From: an uncultured Candidatus Saccharibacteria bacterium
GTDB lineage: Bacteria > Patescibacteriota > Saccharimonadia > Saccharimonadales > Saccharimonadaceae
NCBI GenBank assembly: GCA_946406645.1
Contig: CAMJLD010000002.1
Coordinates: forward strand, 6,974 to 70,973
Length of the DNA: 64,000 nt
Reading direction: 5' to 3'
Shown: in pieces, positions 55,293 to 63,871 of the stretch
Numbering within the stretch: position 1 is the first letter of the stretch
Layout of the letters: each line of letters opens with the position of its first letter
Translations under genes and position numbers: made by a program
The notes under the pieces: generated by a model
Database searches by the model: none
Seen by the model: the letters and a program-made list of their open reading frames with translations, nothing else
What the model was told of the DNA's origin: nothing

Positions 55293-56141
55293 ATGCCGGA
55301 GTTACCAGAAGTGGAGACTATTCGACGTGGTCTCGAAAAATATCTTGTGAGGAAACGCTTTTTGAAGCTCCATATTCTTTGTGAGAAAAGTTTTCGCGGC
55401 GATCTGGCGCTCGTTGAGGGTTCTGAGATAATCGCCGTTGAGCGTCGTGGCAAGGCGCTGCTAATCCGCCTTTCGAATAAACTGACGATTATGGCGCATC
55501 TTCGCATGACCGGCCAGATGATTTATGATGGTGCGGAGCGTTTTGCGGCGGGGCATCCGGATGAAAGTTTCCGCGAGGAAATGCCGGGGCGTTTTACGCG
55601 GATTTATGCTGATTTAGATGATGGCTCGCATCTATATTTTAATGATTTACGCAAATTCGGTTTCTGGGCAGTAATGGACGAATTGAGTCTTGCGACAGAT
55701 AAGTTTTTGACGAGCCTCGGTCCGGAGCCGTGGAATATGAAGCCAGCGGAGTTTTATGCGGTGTTGGGGCGCCATGTTGGTTCGCCGGTGAAGGCAGTGA
55801 TTTTGGACCAGCATAATATTGCTGGTGTAGGAAATATTTACGCTGACGAGGGCTGCTTTTATGCTGGGATTTTGCCGTGGCGAAAGTGCGGCTCGTTGTC
55901 GCGCGAGGAGTCCGACAAACTACTTGAGGGGTTATGTAAAGTAATGCAGGCCTCGATTGATAGCGGTGGCTCGACAATGAAAGATTATGTGCGTGCGGAC
56001 GGCACGCGCGGAAATTACCTCGAGAAGTTCGCTTCGGTGTTTCGTCGTGAAGGACAAGAGTGCCCACGTTGCGGAGGCGAGATTATGAAGACGCGGACCG
56101 CTGGGCGCGGGACACACTACTGTGGAGGGTGTCAGAAATGA
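55293..56141 (+). CDS. mutM: formamidopyrimidine-DNA glycosylase
   Basis: MPELPEVETIRRGL at the N-terminus, H2TH, and a C-terminal zinc finger CPRCGGEI...YCGGCQ. Confidence 0.9.
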   Translation: MPELPEVETIRRGLEKYLVRKRFLKLHILCEKSFRGDLALVEGSEIIAVERRGKALLIRLSNKLTIMAHLRMTGQMIYDGAERFAAGHPDESFREEMPGRFTRIYADLDDGSHLYFNDLRKFGFWAVMDELSLATDKFLTSLGPEPWNMKPAEFYAVLGRHVGSPVKAVILDQHNIAGVGNIYADEGCFYAGILPWRKCGSLSREESDKLLEGLCKVMQASIDSGGSTMKDYVRADGTRGNYLEKFASVFRREGQECPRCGGEIMKTRTAGRGTHYCGGCQK

Positions 56142-56749
56142 TTAGGATTTTTTACGGCGATGATCGCGTGGCGGCGCGTAAGCAGATTGACCGCCAGCTA
56201 GGAGATGATTACGAAATTGTCGAGGGAGAATCCTTGACGGTCGGAGATATGCCGTCAGTCCTACTTGGCACTTCGTTATTTGCGACTGAGCGTGCAATTC
56301 TGATTAAAGATTTGTCTGAGAATAAGGAATGCTTCGCAATGCTACCACAGTTGGTCGGCGAATGCCCGCACAATATCGTCATTTGGGAAACGAAGCTCGA
56401 TAAGCGTTCGGCAGCCTATAAGGAGCTTGCGAAAGATAAGAATGTTGAGTTCAAGGAGTTTAAGCTCGCTGAAGACCCGGATAAGAAGCTCGTCTTCGAT
56501 ATCCTCGACATGGCTTTTCGTGGAGACGGGAAGGGCGCAGTGAAAGCATGCGAGAAGATTGAGCTGACAAATGACGCGTTCATGTTTATGGGGTTGATGA
56601 CGACGCAAGCGATTAAGAAGTTGCAATATAACAATCCGAAGGCAGTGCGCGCATTAAAGGTGCTTGCACAAGCGGATATGGACATGAAAACCAGTAATCT
56701 TGAACCATGGGAAGCCGTGAAGATTGCACTGCTTAAGATTGCCAAATAG
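56138..56749 (+). CDS. holA: probable DNA polymerase III delta subunit (short HolA-like)
   Basis: Start at ATG 56138, overlapping the mutM stop. MIRIFYGDDRVAARKQI...LGTSLFATERAILIKDLS resembles the delta N-terminal domain. At 204 aa it is shorter than typical HolA. Confidence 0.45.
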   Translation: MIRIFYGDDRVAARKQIDRQLGDDYEIVEGESLTVGDMPSVLLGTSLFATERAILIKDLSENKECFAMLPQLVGECPHNIVIWETKLDKRSAAYKELAKDKNVEFKEFKLAEDPDKKLVFDILDMAFRGDGKGAVKACEKIELTNDAFMFMGLMTTQAIKKLQYNNPKAVRALKVLAQADMDMKTSNLEPWEAVKIALLKIAK

Positions 56750-56795
56750 GGCTCGTTTGCTTGTTGTGGTATGATAAAAGGAATAGGAGGATATT

Positions 56796-57218
56796 ATGAG
56801 TAATTATGAGGGCGCTTTCGGTGGCAATACTGAGAACGCTAATGAGAAGAACCCGTGGGAAGGGCTTGCCGATGTAGAACCGAATCGCCAATTGGAGGGT
56901 TTTGGCTCTGATAGCGAGATGGTTGATGTTCCGTCGATTCAGGCGAGGGAGCTTGATGGTTTTGGGAGTGAGCCGAGCAAAGAGCGTGTTCCCGACGACG
57001 TTAAGCATAATGACGGTCCGAAGGTCGTGTTTAGAGAATTCGGCACCAATGGCGACGAGAGAGAGTTTGATGCGGCTCCTAAAAAAGATGAAAGCACGAT
57101 GGTTACATTAAATGAATTTGGCACTAATGGCGGGGAGAAAACGTTCCGCGAAGATCTTAAGAAAGACGAGAACGTCCCTGACGGTAATCAAGAACTAAAG
57201 CCGTTCGGCAGTGAATAG
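56796..57218 (+). CDS. hypothetical acidic, probably disordered protein with internal (E/D)GFGS and EFGTNG repeats
   Basis: 140 aa. SD AGGAGG. LEGFGSDSE / LDGFGSEPS and REFGTNGDERE / NEFGTNGGEKT. Confidence 0.5.
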   Translation: MSNYEGAFGGNTENANEKNPWEGLADVEPNRQLEGFGSDSEMVDVPSIQARELDGFGSEPSKERVPDDVKHNDGPKVVFREFGTNGDEREFDAAPKKDESTMVTLNEFGTNGGEKTFREDLKKDENVPDGNQELKPFGSE

Positions 57219-57222
57219 ATAT

Positions 57223-57253
57223 AAAAAATCTCCTCGGTTAGAGGAGATTTTTT
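57223..57253. terminator. bidirectional terminator between convergent genes
   Basis: AAAAAATCTCCTC-ggtta-GAGGAGATTTTTT. Confidence 0.7.
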
Positions 57254-57264
57254 GAAGTCTTGAA

Positions 57265-57543
57265 TTATTTTGCGTGAACTTCGACGCGGGTGCGGCGAAC
57301 GCTCTTGCCAGAGAAGTGACTCTTCTTGGTCTTCACGAAGACAACCTTACCGTCGATGGCGGCATGAATCGTGAAGTTGCGGCTCATGAAAGTGCCAGGG
57401 CCAGCGAGCTTCGTTGCGCCAGTTTGGCGGACGAGAACTTCGCCAGTTTTGACAGTTTGGCCACCAAAGCGCTTGACGCCGAGGCGTTGGCCAGCATTGT
57501 TGTGGATGTTTTTACTGGTACCGCCAGCTTTGACATGTGACAT
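57265..57543 (-). CDS. rpmA: 50S ribosomal protein L27
   Basis: 92 aa. MSHVKAGGTSKNIHNNAGQRLGVKRFGGQTVKTGEVLVRQTG. Confidence 0.95.
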   Translation of the reverse strand: MSHVKAGGTSKNIHNNAGQRLGVKRFGGQTVKTGEVLVRQTGATKLAGPGTFMSRNFTIHAAIDGKVVFVKTKKSHFSGKSVRRTRVEVHAK

Positions 57544-57546
57544 ACT

Positions 57547-58662
57547 TTACTTTTTCCTTAATACTATTATTTGACGCGCAACGATTTGGCCCTCTCGATG
57601 GTACAAGAGGTCGGAATAAGTCGCGTATCGATACTTTGTATGATTATACCCGAGGTCATCTAATCTGTCAAGAATATCGAGGCCGGAATATTTACCGTTC
57701 GGGCGGAGCCAGGCGGGGACAGCCAATGCGATGGTTGTACCGGAGGCGATTTGGTCGCCGAGATTCTTTAGGAAGGCCGTAAGTAAGGCTTCGGCGTTTT
57801 CTTTTTCGGTGCGGAATTTAATCTCGGCAGGCGGCTGAGACATCGGATGGCCAAGATAGATTTCGCTTGCGACGAAATCTGGCGCAGGTTTCCAAGTATG
57901 GTTGGTCGCGTCGCCAACTTCGAGCTGTGGCGCGGCCGGGACATCCGAGTAGCGGCCGGCGAGCCACTTGAGGTTTCGTCCGGAATAGTCAATCATCTTC
58001 TCAGAGAGGTCGGTGCCATAAACGGAGTAGCCCATAAGGGAGGCCTCCTGGAGCACGACGCCGGTGCCGCAGAAAGGATCGAGGAGACGGCCTTTTGGGG
58101 CGCCGTTGGTCGCGAGATTAATGAGAATTTGGGCGAGCTTCGGTGGCAACATACCGACGAAAGCGTCACGAGCGGGGCGGGCCTGATCGCGTTTAGCGTA
58201 GGCGGTGATGTTCTGGGTGCCAATAGAGGTGGCGAAAATGTCGTTGAACTTGATGAGTTCGATGTGGTTGAGTTTCTCACCGAGCTGGTTGTGGTGAGCG
58301 GTAGCGCTAGAGATGACGGCGGATTTGCCAGGGATGAGGCGAACATTGCGACCATGTCGCTTCAGGAGATTCTTATATTTGAGAGCGAGGGTCCAAGCGG
58401 ATTTCTGACTGGCTTTTGCAGAATAATCTGAGACGCCAAGAGTAATTTTGCCTTCTGGGAGCTGGCTGAGATAATCGGTCGGGGCTTCGTCTAGGACTTT
58501 TGCAACCCTGAGCGCGCCGCCGAGGCGGTTAATATCGACGAATTTTGCCGTAACGATGGCGAGGTTGCTCGAAAGCTGCTTGACTTTGCTGGATGAAAAT
58601 AGAGCCTCGAGTTCGGCGAGGGAGATTTTCGCTTCGCGGCCAAGTACTACAAGATATTGCAT
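57547..58662 (-). CDS. class I SAM-dependent RNA methyltransferase (Trm11/TrmN/UPF0020-like, tentative)
   Basis: 371 aa. Motif I LLDPFCGTGVVLQEA, an N-terminal domain of about 150 aa of THUMP-like size, and a degenerate motif IV (SEIYLGHP). Confidence 0.55.
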   Translation of the reverse strand: MQYLVVLGREAKISLAELEALFSSSKVKQLSSNLAIVTAKFVDINRLGGALRVAKVLDEAPTDYLSQLPEGKITLGVSDYSAKASQKSAWTLALKYKNLLKRHGRNVRLIPGKSAVISSATAHHNQLGEKLNHIELIKFNDIFATSIGTQNITAYAKRDQARPARDAFVGMLPPKLAQILINLATNGAPKGRLLDPFCGTGVVLQEASLMGYSVYGTDLSEKMIDYSGRNLKWLAGRYSDVPAAPQLEVGDATNHTWKPAPDFVASEIYLGHPMSQPPAEIKFRTEKENAEALLTAFLKNLGDQIASGTTIALAVPAWLRPNGKYSGLDILDRLDDLGYNHTKYRYATYSDLLYHREGQIVARQIIVLRKK

Positions 58663-58710
58663 ACCTTTTAATTATACAACAAACGGGGAAGATGATATAC
58701 TAAAAAGGAT

Positions 58711-59796
58711 ATGGTAAAGAAAATTCTCAGTGTTGTCACTCTTGCTTTGGTTGCTTTCATCGCGTGGCAGGCTTTTTCGGGTGAGGTCGAACTTAACGGT
58801 GAAATGATGCCGATGTGGGACGCGCTGATTTATTCGTTCCAGCATCTCAATCCGTGGATTCTTTTGATTTTGATTCCGGAGCAGATTTTGATGTACTACG
58901 CGGCGGGCCAGATTTACTTCGCTTTTCTCAAACAGCGCAAAGATTTCAAGATGACGCAGGCGAAATTGACGAGGATTTCGCTCGAGATTAACTTCGTGAA
59001 TCATGCTTTGCCGAGTGGCGGCGCGAGTGGTCTCGGGTACTTGATTTGGCGCCTAAAAGACATGGGTATCACGGCGGGCCAGATTAGCTTTGTGCATATT
59101 CTGCGCTATGCGATTTGCGCGCTTGCAAATACGGTTCAGACCTTTATCGCGATTGCGGTCGTTCTCATTGCCGGCTGCGTATTGGCGGGCAAGTATTGGA
59201 TTTTGCTCCTTGCGGCGGCGGTAGCGCTCGGTATTCAGACAGTGATTGTGACGGTCTGGATGATTGTTCGCAAGCAGAAGAATATCGACTGGCTTTCCGA
59301 TAAGGCTTCGAAGTTCGTGAATGGCATCGTGAGAAAGCTTTCGCGCGGAAAGAAGCGCAAATATCTGAAAGAAGAGTCGGTTAGTAAGTTCTTCAATGAT
59401 TTGCGCGGAGATTATCTAATCATCAAGCGCAATAAACGTGTTTTGTGGAAGCCGGTGATTTGGGGTGCTCTGTATTCGTTCCTGGAGCTAGCGACTTATT
59501 GGGTGGTGGCGTGCTCCTTGGGGCATCCAGAGGTTTTGCCGCAGATTATGATTGCGGAGGGCGTGGCGAGCGTGGTAGGTACGGTGATGGTGACGCCGGG
59601 TGGCCTCGGTGGCTATGAAGGCGCGATGGTGCTCATCATGGTAGCGACTGGCGTTGAGCCTTCGGTGGCGGTGATCACGGTGATTGTGACGCGTATCTGC
59701 GTGCTCCTTGGCACGATTGTGAGCGGTTGGGGCTTCTATCAGCAGGCATTGATGAGTCGCAAAGATAAATTCAAGGCCGGCAAAGATGGAAAATAG
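58711..59796 (+). CDS. UPF0104 / lysylphosphatidylglycerol-synthase-TM-region (flippase-like) family membrane protein
   Basis: 361 aa, polytopic with about 8 TM segments. It has a conserved PGGLGGYE-type motif (VTPGGLGGYEGAMV). Confidence 0.55.
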   Translation: MVKKILSVVTLALVAFIAWQAFSGEVELNGEMMPMWDALIYSFQHLNPWILLILIPEQILMYYAAGQIYFAFLKQRKDFKMTQAKLTRISLEINFVNHALPSGGASGLGYLIWRLKDMGITAGQISFVHILRYAICALANTVQTFIAIAVVLIAGCVLAGKYWILLLAAAVALGIQTVIVTVWMIVRKQKNIDWLSDKASKFVNGIVRKLSRGKKRKYLKEESVSKFFNDLRGDYLIIKRNKRVLWKPVIWGALYSFLELATYWVVACSLGHPEVLPQIMIAEGVASVVGTVMVTPGGLGGYEGAMVLIMVATGVEPSVAVITVIVTRICVLLGTIVSGWGFYQQALMSRKDKFKAGKDGK

Positions 59797-60883
59797 CGAG
59801 CAGCAAGTCTATACTGTTTCGGATTTTCAGGCGGTCTGCAACCAAATACTCGAGACAGCATTTACTGGGGTAATTATTGAGGGCGAAATTGCTAGCTATA
59901 AGGTTAATCAGGGTAAATATGTCTTCTTTGATTTAAAAGATGAGCAGTCGAGCGTCGGCTGCTTTATGATGGTTTATCAGCAGAGATTCCCACTTGAGGA
60001 TGGCATGAAGGTGCGCGTGAGGGCGCTGCCGAAACTTACGAATTGGGGCAAGTTCTCGTTGACGGTTCAGGCGATTCAGCCGGTAGGCGAGGGGAGCTTA
60101 AAGAAGAGCTTTGAGATGCTAAAGAAGAAGTTGGCTGGTGAGGGTTTGTTCGACCCGGCCAAGAAGCGTCCGTTGCCGGATAGGATTGAGAAGATTGGCG
60201 TGATTTCTAGCACGCAGGCGGCTGGCTATGCGGACTTTTGCAAGATTTTGAATGAAAGATGGGGCGGGCTTACGGTGCTGACGGCGCACACGCAGGTGCA
60301 GGGCATGACGGCGGCCGACCAAATCATTCGCGCTTTGAAATATATGAATGAGCGCGGCGAAGTTGACGTGATTGCAGTGATTCGTGGTGGCGGTTCGGCG
60401 GATGATCTCGCAGTGTTTAATGACGAGGCATTAGTGCGCGCGATTGCGGCTAGTAAGATTCCAGTAATAACGGGAATTGGGCACGAAGTCGATGAAAGTC
60501 TATGTGATTTGGCGGCCGACGTAGTGGCTTCGACGCCATCGAATGCGGCGCAAATGTTGACGCGTGACCGTCGGGAAGTAAAGGGGGCTTTACGCGCTGA
60601 CGTAAATCGAATAAATAATTTGCTCAAAGACAAAATTGACGAAATAACAGAGGTGAATTGCAAAGAAATTGCACGCGTTGCGGACGAAATTTACCACAAA
60701 ATCGACTTAATTCGAACAGAAGTTATCGGTCAAAACAAAATTCTAGCGCAATTAAATCCAGAAAATGTGTTGGCGCGCGGCTATGCTTTGGTGCGTGGCG
60801 ATGTGGCGGTTGGAAGCGACGTGGAAATCGAAACGGCAAAACAAATTTTGACGGCATATGTAAAAGCAATAAAGGAGAAATAA
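59786..60883 (+). CDS. xseA: exodeoxyribonuclease VII large subunit
   Basis: 365 aa. N-terminal OB fold (VIIEGEIASYKVNQGKYVFFDLKD), IGVISSTQAAGYADF, RGGGSADDL and TGIGHEVD. Confidence 0.88.
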   Translation: MENSEQQVYTVSDFQAVCNQILETAFTGVIIEGEIASYKVNQGKYVFFDLKDEQSSVGCFMMVYQQRFPLEDGMKVRVRALPKLTNWGKFSLTVQAIQPVGEGSLKKSFEMLKKKLAGEGLFDPAKKRPLPDRIEKIGVISSTQAAGYADFCKILNERWGGLTVLTAHTQVQGMTAADQIIRALKYMNERGEVDVIAVIRGGGSADDLAVFNDEALVRAIAASKIPVITGIGHEVDESLCDLAADVVASTPSNAAQMLTRDRREVKGALRADVNRINNLLKDKIDEITEVNCKEIARVADEIYHKIDLIRTEVIGQNKILAQLNPENVLARGYALVRGDVAVGSDVEIETAKQILTAYVKAIKEK

Positions 60884-61078
60884 ATGGCAAAAACTATCAG
60901 CGACAAAATCTCGGAACTAAAAACTGGCGTGGAATGGTTTTACTCGGATGATTTTAAACTCGAAGAAGCGAGCGAAAAGTACAAGGCTTTGACGACGCTT
61001 GCAAAAGAAATCGAAAGCGACCTTGATGGCTTAAAGAACGAAATCAAGGTTATCGAAGAAGATTTCAGCAAAGAGTAA
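60884..61078 (+). CDS. xseB: exodeoxyribonuclease VII small subunit
   Basis: 64 aa helical protein immediately after xseA (the ATG follows the stop directly). Confidence 0.8.
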   Translation: MAKTISDKISELKTGVEWFYSDDFKLEEASEKYKALTTLAKEIESDLDGLKNEIKVIEEDFSKE

Positions 61079-61085
61079 TTTTTAC

Positions 61086-61114
61086 TTGCAGAAACGCTAA
61101 CGCTTAATTATAAT
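61086..61114 (+). promoter_or_regulatory. promoter of the 61121 gene (probable leaderless)
   Basis: TTGCAG (61086-61091), 17-nt spacer, TATAAT (61109-61114), then 6 nt to ATG 61121. Confidence 0.5.
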
Positions 61115-61120
61115 TAGCTT

Positions 61121-62011
61121 ATGGATCAACAGTCTAATATGGGTGGTTTCAATCCGTTGCCGAATATGGACGGTGCGAATAATGGTTTCCAGGCGGCGCC
61201 AGCTGGGAATGTTGTGCCCCAAGCAAATAGTTTTGGTGGCGCAGCTCCTGTTACTCCGGTGGCTCCAGTGAACCCTGTTCCAGCGCCAAACCAGCCGGTT
61301 AATCCTCCAATGATGAATCCTGTGGCTCCAACTCCTGCGCCGAGTGCTGGCCTCAAGCCAGCTAAAGAGAGGAATACTCTCGTAGAAACTTTGGTGCTTG
61401 TTGGTGTTTGTGTCATCGCCGCTGCGGCAATTGTGTTCGCTGTGATCTTCTTTATGCAGTACAACGAGCTAAAGACGAACTTCGAATCTCAGAAGACGCT
61501 CGCCGTCAATGATGCAGTAAAGGTCCAACAGGACAAGGATGAGGCCGCTTATGAAGAGCGCGCAAAGGAACCATACTATAGCTTTACTGGCCCTAGCGAT
61601 TATGGTTCGATTAGTTTTGAATATCCGAAGACTTGGAGTGTTTACGTAGACAAGGATGGCACCGGCAATGGCGACTACGCGGCTTACTTCCAGCCGAAGC
61701 AGGTCGATCCAATTAGCGGCAAGTCTTCGCGCTATGCTTTGCGCTTCCAGATTCTAAACAAGCAGATTACTTCCGTTCAGTCTTCGTATGATATCAAGGT
61801 AAAGAATGGTAAGTTGACTTCGCGCAACTATAGCATTGAGGGCTCAAACCTTTCTGGCCCATGGTACGAGGGTGAGATTGCCGACGGCATTCGCGGTATC
61901 GTAGTGCTCATGAAGGTTAACGACAAGACGCTTGTGATGCAGACCGATGCTGAGGCTTATAGGAGCGATTTTGAGACGCTCATGAAGAAGCTTCGCCGTA
62001 ACGCAAATTAG
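61121..62011 (+). CDS. hypothetical single-pass membrane protein with Pro-rich N-terminus
   Basis: 296 aa. Pro/Ala/Asn-rich cytoplasmic head, one TM segment (LVETLVLVGVCVIAAAAIVFAVIFF), and an extracytoplasmic domain of about 170 aa. No family recognised. Confidence 0.6.
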   Translation: MDQQSNMGGFNPLPNMDGANNGFQAAPAGNVVPQANSFGGAAPVTPVAPVNPVPAPNQPVNPPMMNPVAPTPAPSAGLKPAKERNTLVETLVLVGVCVIAAAAIVFAVIFFMQYNELKTNFESQKTLAVNDAVKVQQDKDEAAYEERAKEPYYSFTGPSDYGSISFEYPKTWSVYVDKDGTGNGDYAAYFQPKQVDPISGKSSRYALRFQILNKQITSVQSSYDIKVKNGKLTSRNYSIEGSNLSGPWYEGEIADGIRGIVVLMKVNDKTLVMQTDAEAYRSDFETLMKKLRRNAN

Positions 62012-62020
62012 TTTAAAAAT

Positions 62021-62056
62021 AGCCTCCCCTTATGCTTTAATGTGGGAGGCTTTTTG
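62021..62056 (+). terminator. Rho-independent terminator
   Basis: AGCCTCCC...GGGAGGCT followed by TTTT. Confidence 0.6.
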
Positions 62057-62071
62057 TTGTAAAATGAAGGC

Positions 62072-62746
62072 ATGGAAAGCGAGGTAGTAGTTGCGCACGA
62101 ATTAAAGGCGCCGCTAAGTTTGATGCGGCAGCTCGCTTTGTCTTTGGATTATGAGGATAGCCTCGAGGGTGCGCGCGAGGTTGGAAAGCAGATTGTGGCG
62201 ACGAGTGACCGTGCGATTCGCCAAGTGAATGATTTGACGAAAATTGCTCGACTTGACGAGGCGCTATTTGAAATGGAACCAGTGAATCCGCGCGCGGTTT
62301 GTGACGAGGTTGTGAATGAGCTCTGGCAATGGTTTAGGTTTAACCGTCGCGAACTCTCGATTGATTATCGCAATAAGCGTAGGCTTGCGGTGGCGAATAC
62401 GCAATTACTGCATTCGGTAGTTTATAACTTTTGCCTTAACGCGATGAACTATGGCGGTGAGGAATTGCCGAGCGAAATCGCGGTTTATGACCGTGGGGCG
62501 AAGATTCGGATTGAGGTGCGTGATTTTGGGCCGACGATTCCGACGAAGATTTGGCGTGAGATTAAAGACGGCTTCGTGAAGAAGCCGGTGGCGACGCCGA
62601 TGCGCCCAGGTTCGAGCGGTTTGGGGCTTTATATCGCATCGCGTTTTTCTAGTTATATGCATAGTGATTTTGGGCTTATTCGCCACCGCGACGGAACGAG
62701 CTTCTATATTGATTTGCCAGTATCTGGGCAGTTGAGCTTCTTATGA
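62072..62746 (+). CDS. sensor-less histidine kinase core (DHp plus HATPase_c only)
   Basis: 224 aa. H-box VAHELKAPLS begins at residue 7. N-box NFCLNAMNYG, DFGP, GSSGLGLYI. No TM or sensor domain. Confidence 0.8.
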   Translation: MESEVVVAHELKAPLSLMRQLALSLDYEDSLEGAREVGKQIVATSDRAIRQVNDLTKIARLDEALFEMEPVNPRAVCDEVVNELWQWFRFNRRELSIDYRNKRRLAVANTQLLHSVVYNFCLNAMNYGGEELPSEIAVYDRGAKIRIEVRDFGPTIPTKIWREIKDGFVKKPVATPMRPGSSGLGLYIASRFSSYMHSDFGLIRHRDGTSFYIDLPVSGQLSFL

Positions 62747-63090
62747 TATTTATTCTCGAAGATGACCGTGGGTGGGAGAACTACTACCGCCGGATTTTGA
62801 AGGGGCAGGAATTGGCTTTCTTTCATGATGGCGTTGCGGCGATTGCGGCGATGGATTTCGATGAGCCGCCTCGACTCGTGATTCTCGATGTACTTCTGAC
62901 TGGCCCGACAGGATTTGCGGTGCTGAATGAAATGAGGAGCTATCCGCAACTTATGGATGTGCCGGTCGTGATTGTGAGTAGCGTTTCGTTGCCGGATGAT
63001 ATTGCTGAGAAATATGGCGTCGTGGCGGCGTTCGATAAAGGTTCGATGAAGCCGAGCGATTTGCTCGAGATTGTGGGGTGCTATGCGTGA
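62743..63090 (+). CDS. stand-alone response-regulator receiver domain (CheY-like)
   Basis: 115 aa. ILEDD, phospho-site context LVILDVLL, VVIVSS, FDKG. No output domain. Confidence 0.8.
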   Translation: MIFILEDDRGWENYYRRILKGQELAFFHDGVAAIAAMDFDEPPRLVILDVLLTGPTGFAVLNEMRSYPQLMDVPVVIVSSVSLPDDIAEKYGVVAAFDKGSMKPSDLLEIVGCYA

Positions 63091-63784
63091 TCTTCGAACG
63101 AAGGCGATTGTTCTGAAAAGAACGAACTATGGTGAAGCGGACCGCATTTTGCAGCTTTTGACGCCGGAAGGTAAGAAGTCCGTGATGGCGAAAGGCGTGC
63201 GACGCGAGAAGTCGAAGCTTGCGGGAGGAATTGAACTATTCTCAGTGTCGGAAGTGGTGATTCGCGACGGAAAAGGCGAGTTGGGGATTCTGACTTCTGC
63301 AAAGCTACTCGAACATTATGATGCTTTTGTTGGGGATGTAGAGCTCCTGGATTTAGGCGGGCGTCTCATGCGCGAGGCCTCGCGCCGAGCAGAGCACGCG
63401 GAAACGCCGGAATTCTTCAATATTTTGCGCCAGTGCATGGAGGCTGCACAGAAACATGCCGCTACAGGCTCTCCTAGTCGCTATAAGGAGCTTTTGTGGG
63501 CTTGGGCGAGTATGAATATGCTTATGGCTTCTGGCGAGGAAATAAACCTAAAATACGATACGGCCGGTGAAAAGCTGTCGGCTTCGAGTCGCTATGTCTG
63601 GAATACGGAAGACGGCGCTTTAACGGTGCGCGACGGTGGCCCGGTGACGGCAGAACATATTAAGCTGATGAGGCTGATGGTTTCGTCGCCGCTCGAGATT
63701 TGCATGAAAGTTGCGGGCTTTGCGGGGCTACTCGACGAGGTGTTATATATCGTTCGCTGCGCCGAGCAGATGTGCGAGGTTTGA
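63083..63784 (+). CDS. recO: DNA repair protein RecO
   Basis: Start at ATG 63083, overlapping the receiver-gene stop. MRDLRTKAIVLKRTNYGEADRILQLLTPEGKKSVMAKGVRREKSKL is a typical RecO OB-fold N-terminus. Confidence 0.85.
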   Translation: MRDLRTKAIVLKRTNYGEADRILQLLTPEGKKSVMAKGVRREKSKLAGGIELFSVSEVVIRDGKGELGILTSAKLLEHYDAFVGDVELLDLGGRLMREASRRAEHAETPEFFNILRQCMEAAQKHAATGSPSRYKELLWAWASMNMLMASGEEINLKYDTAGEKLSASSRYVWNTEDGALTVRDGGPVTAEHIKLMRLMVSSPLEICMKVAGFAGLLDEVLYIVRCAEQMCEV

Positions 63785-63815
63785 GCTTCGGGTCTCGTGT
63801 TCTGAGGTAGTAGAA

Positions 63816-63845
63816 AAAGTTGAACTTTTCGAAAAGTTCAACTTT
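63816..63845. repeat. 30-bp perfect palindrome, copy 3
   Basis: Identical to 13754-13783 and 15825-15854. Here it is flanked by AA/TT (34 bp, 63814-63847) and lies between convergent genes. Confidence 0.9.
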
Positions 63846-63871
63846 TTTAGTGCGCCGGAAAGATAGTTGCG

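Noticed and set aside
56139-56141. Alternative genetic code (UGA recoding, as in some CPR lineages such as Gracilibacteria/SR1).
   Set aside because: Conserved genes end at TGA where family length predicts (for example mutM at 56139-56141 and recJ at 36228-36230). No conserved gene needs read-through of an in-frame TGA, so the standard bacterial code fits.
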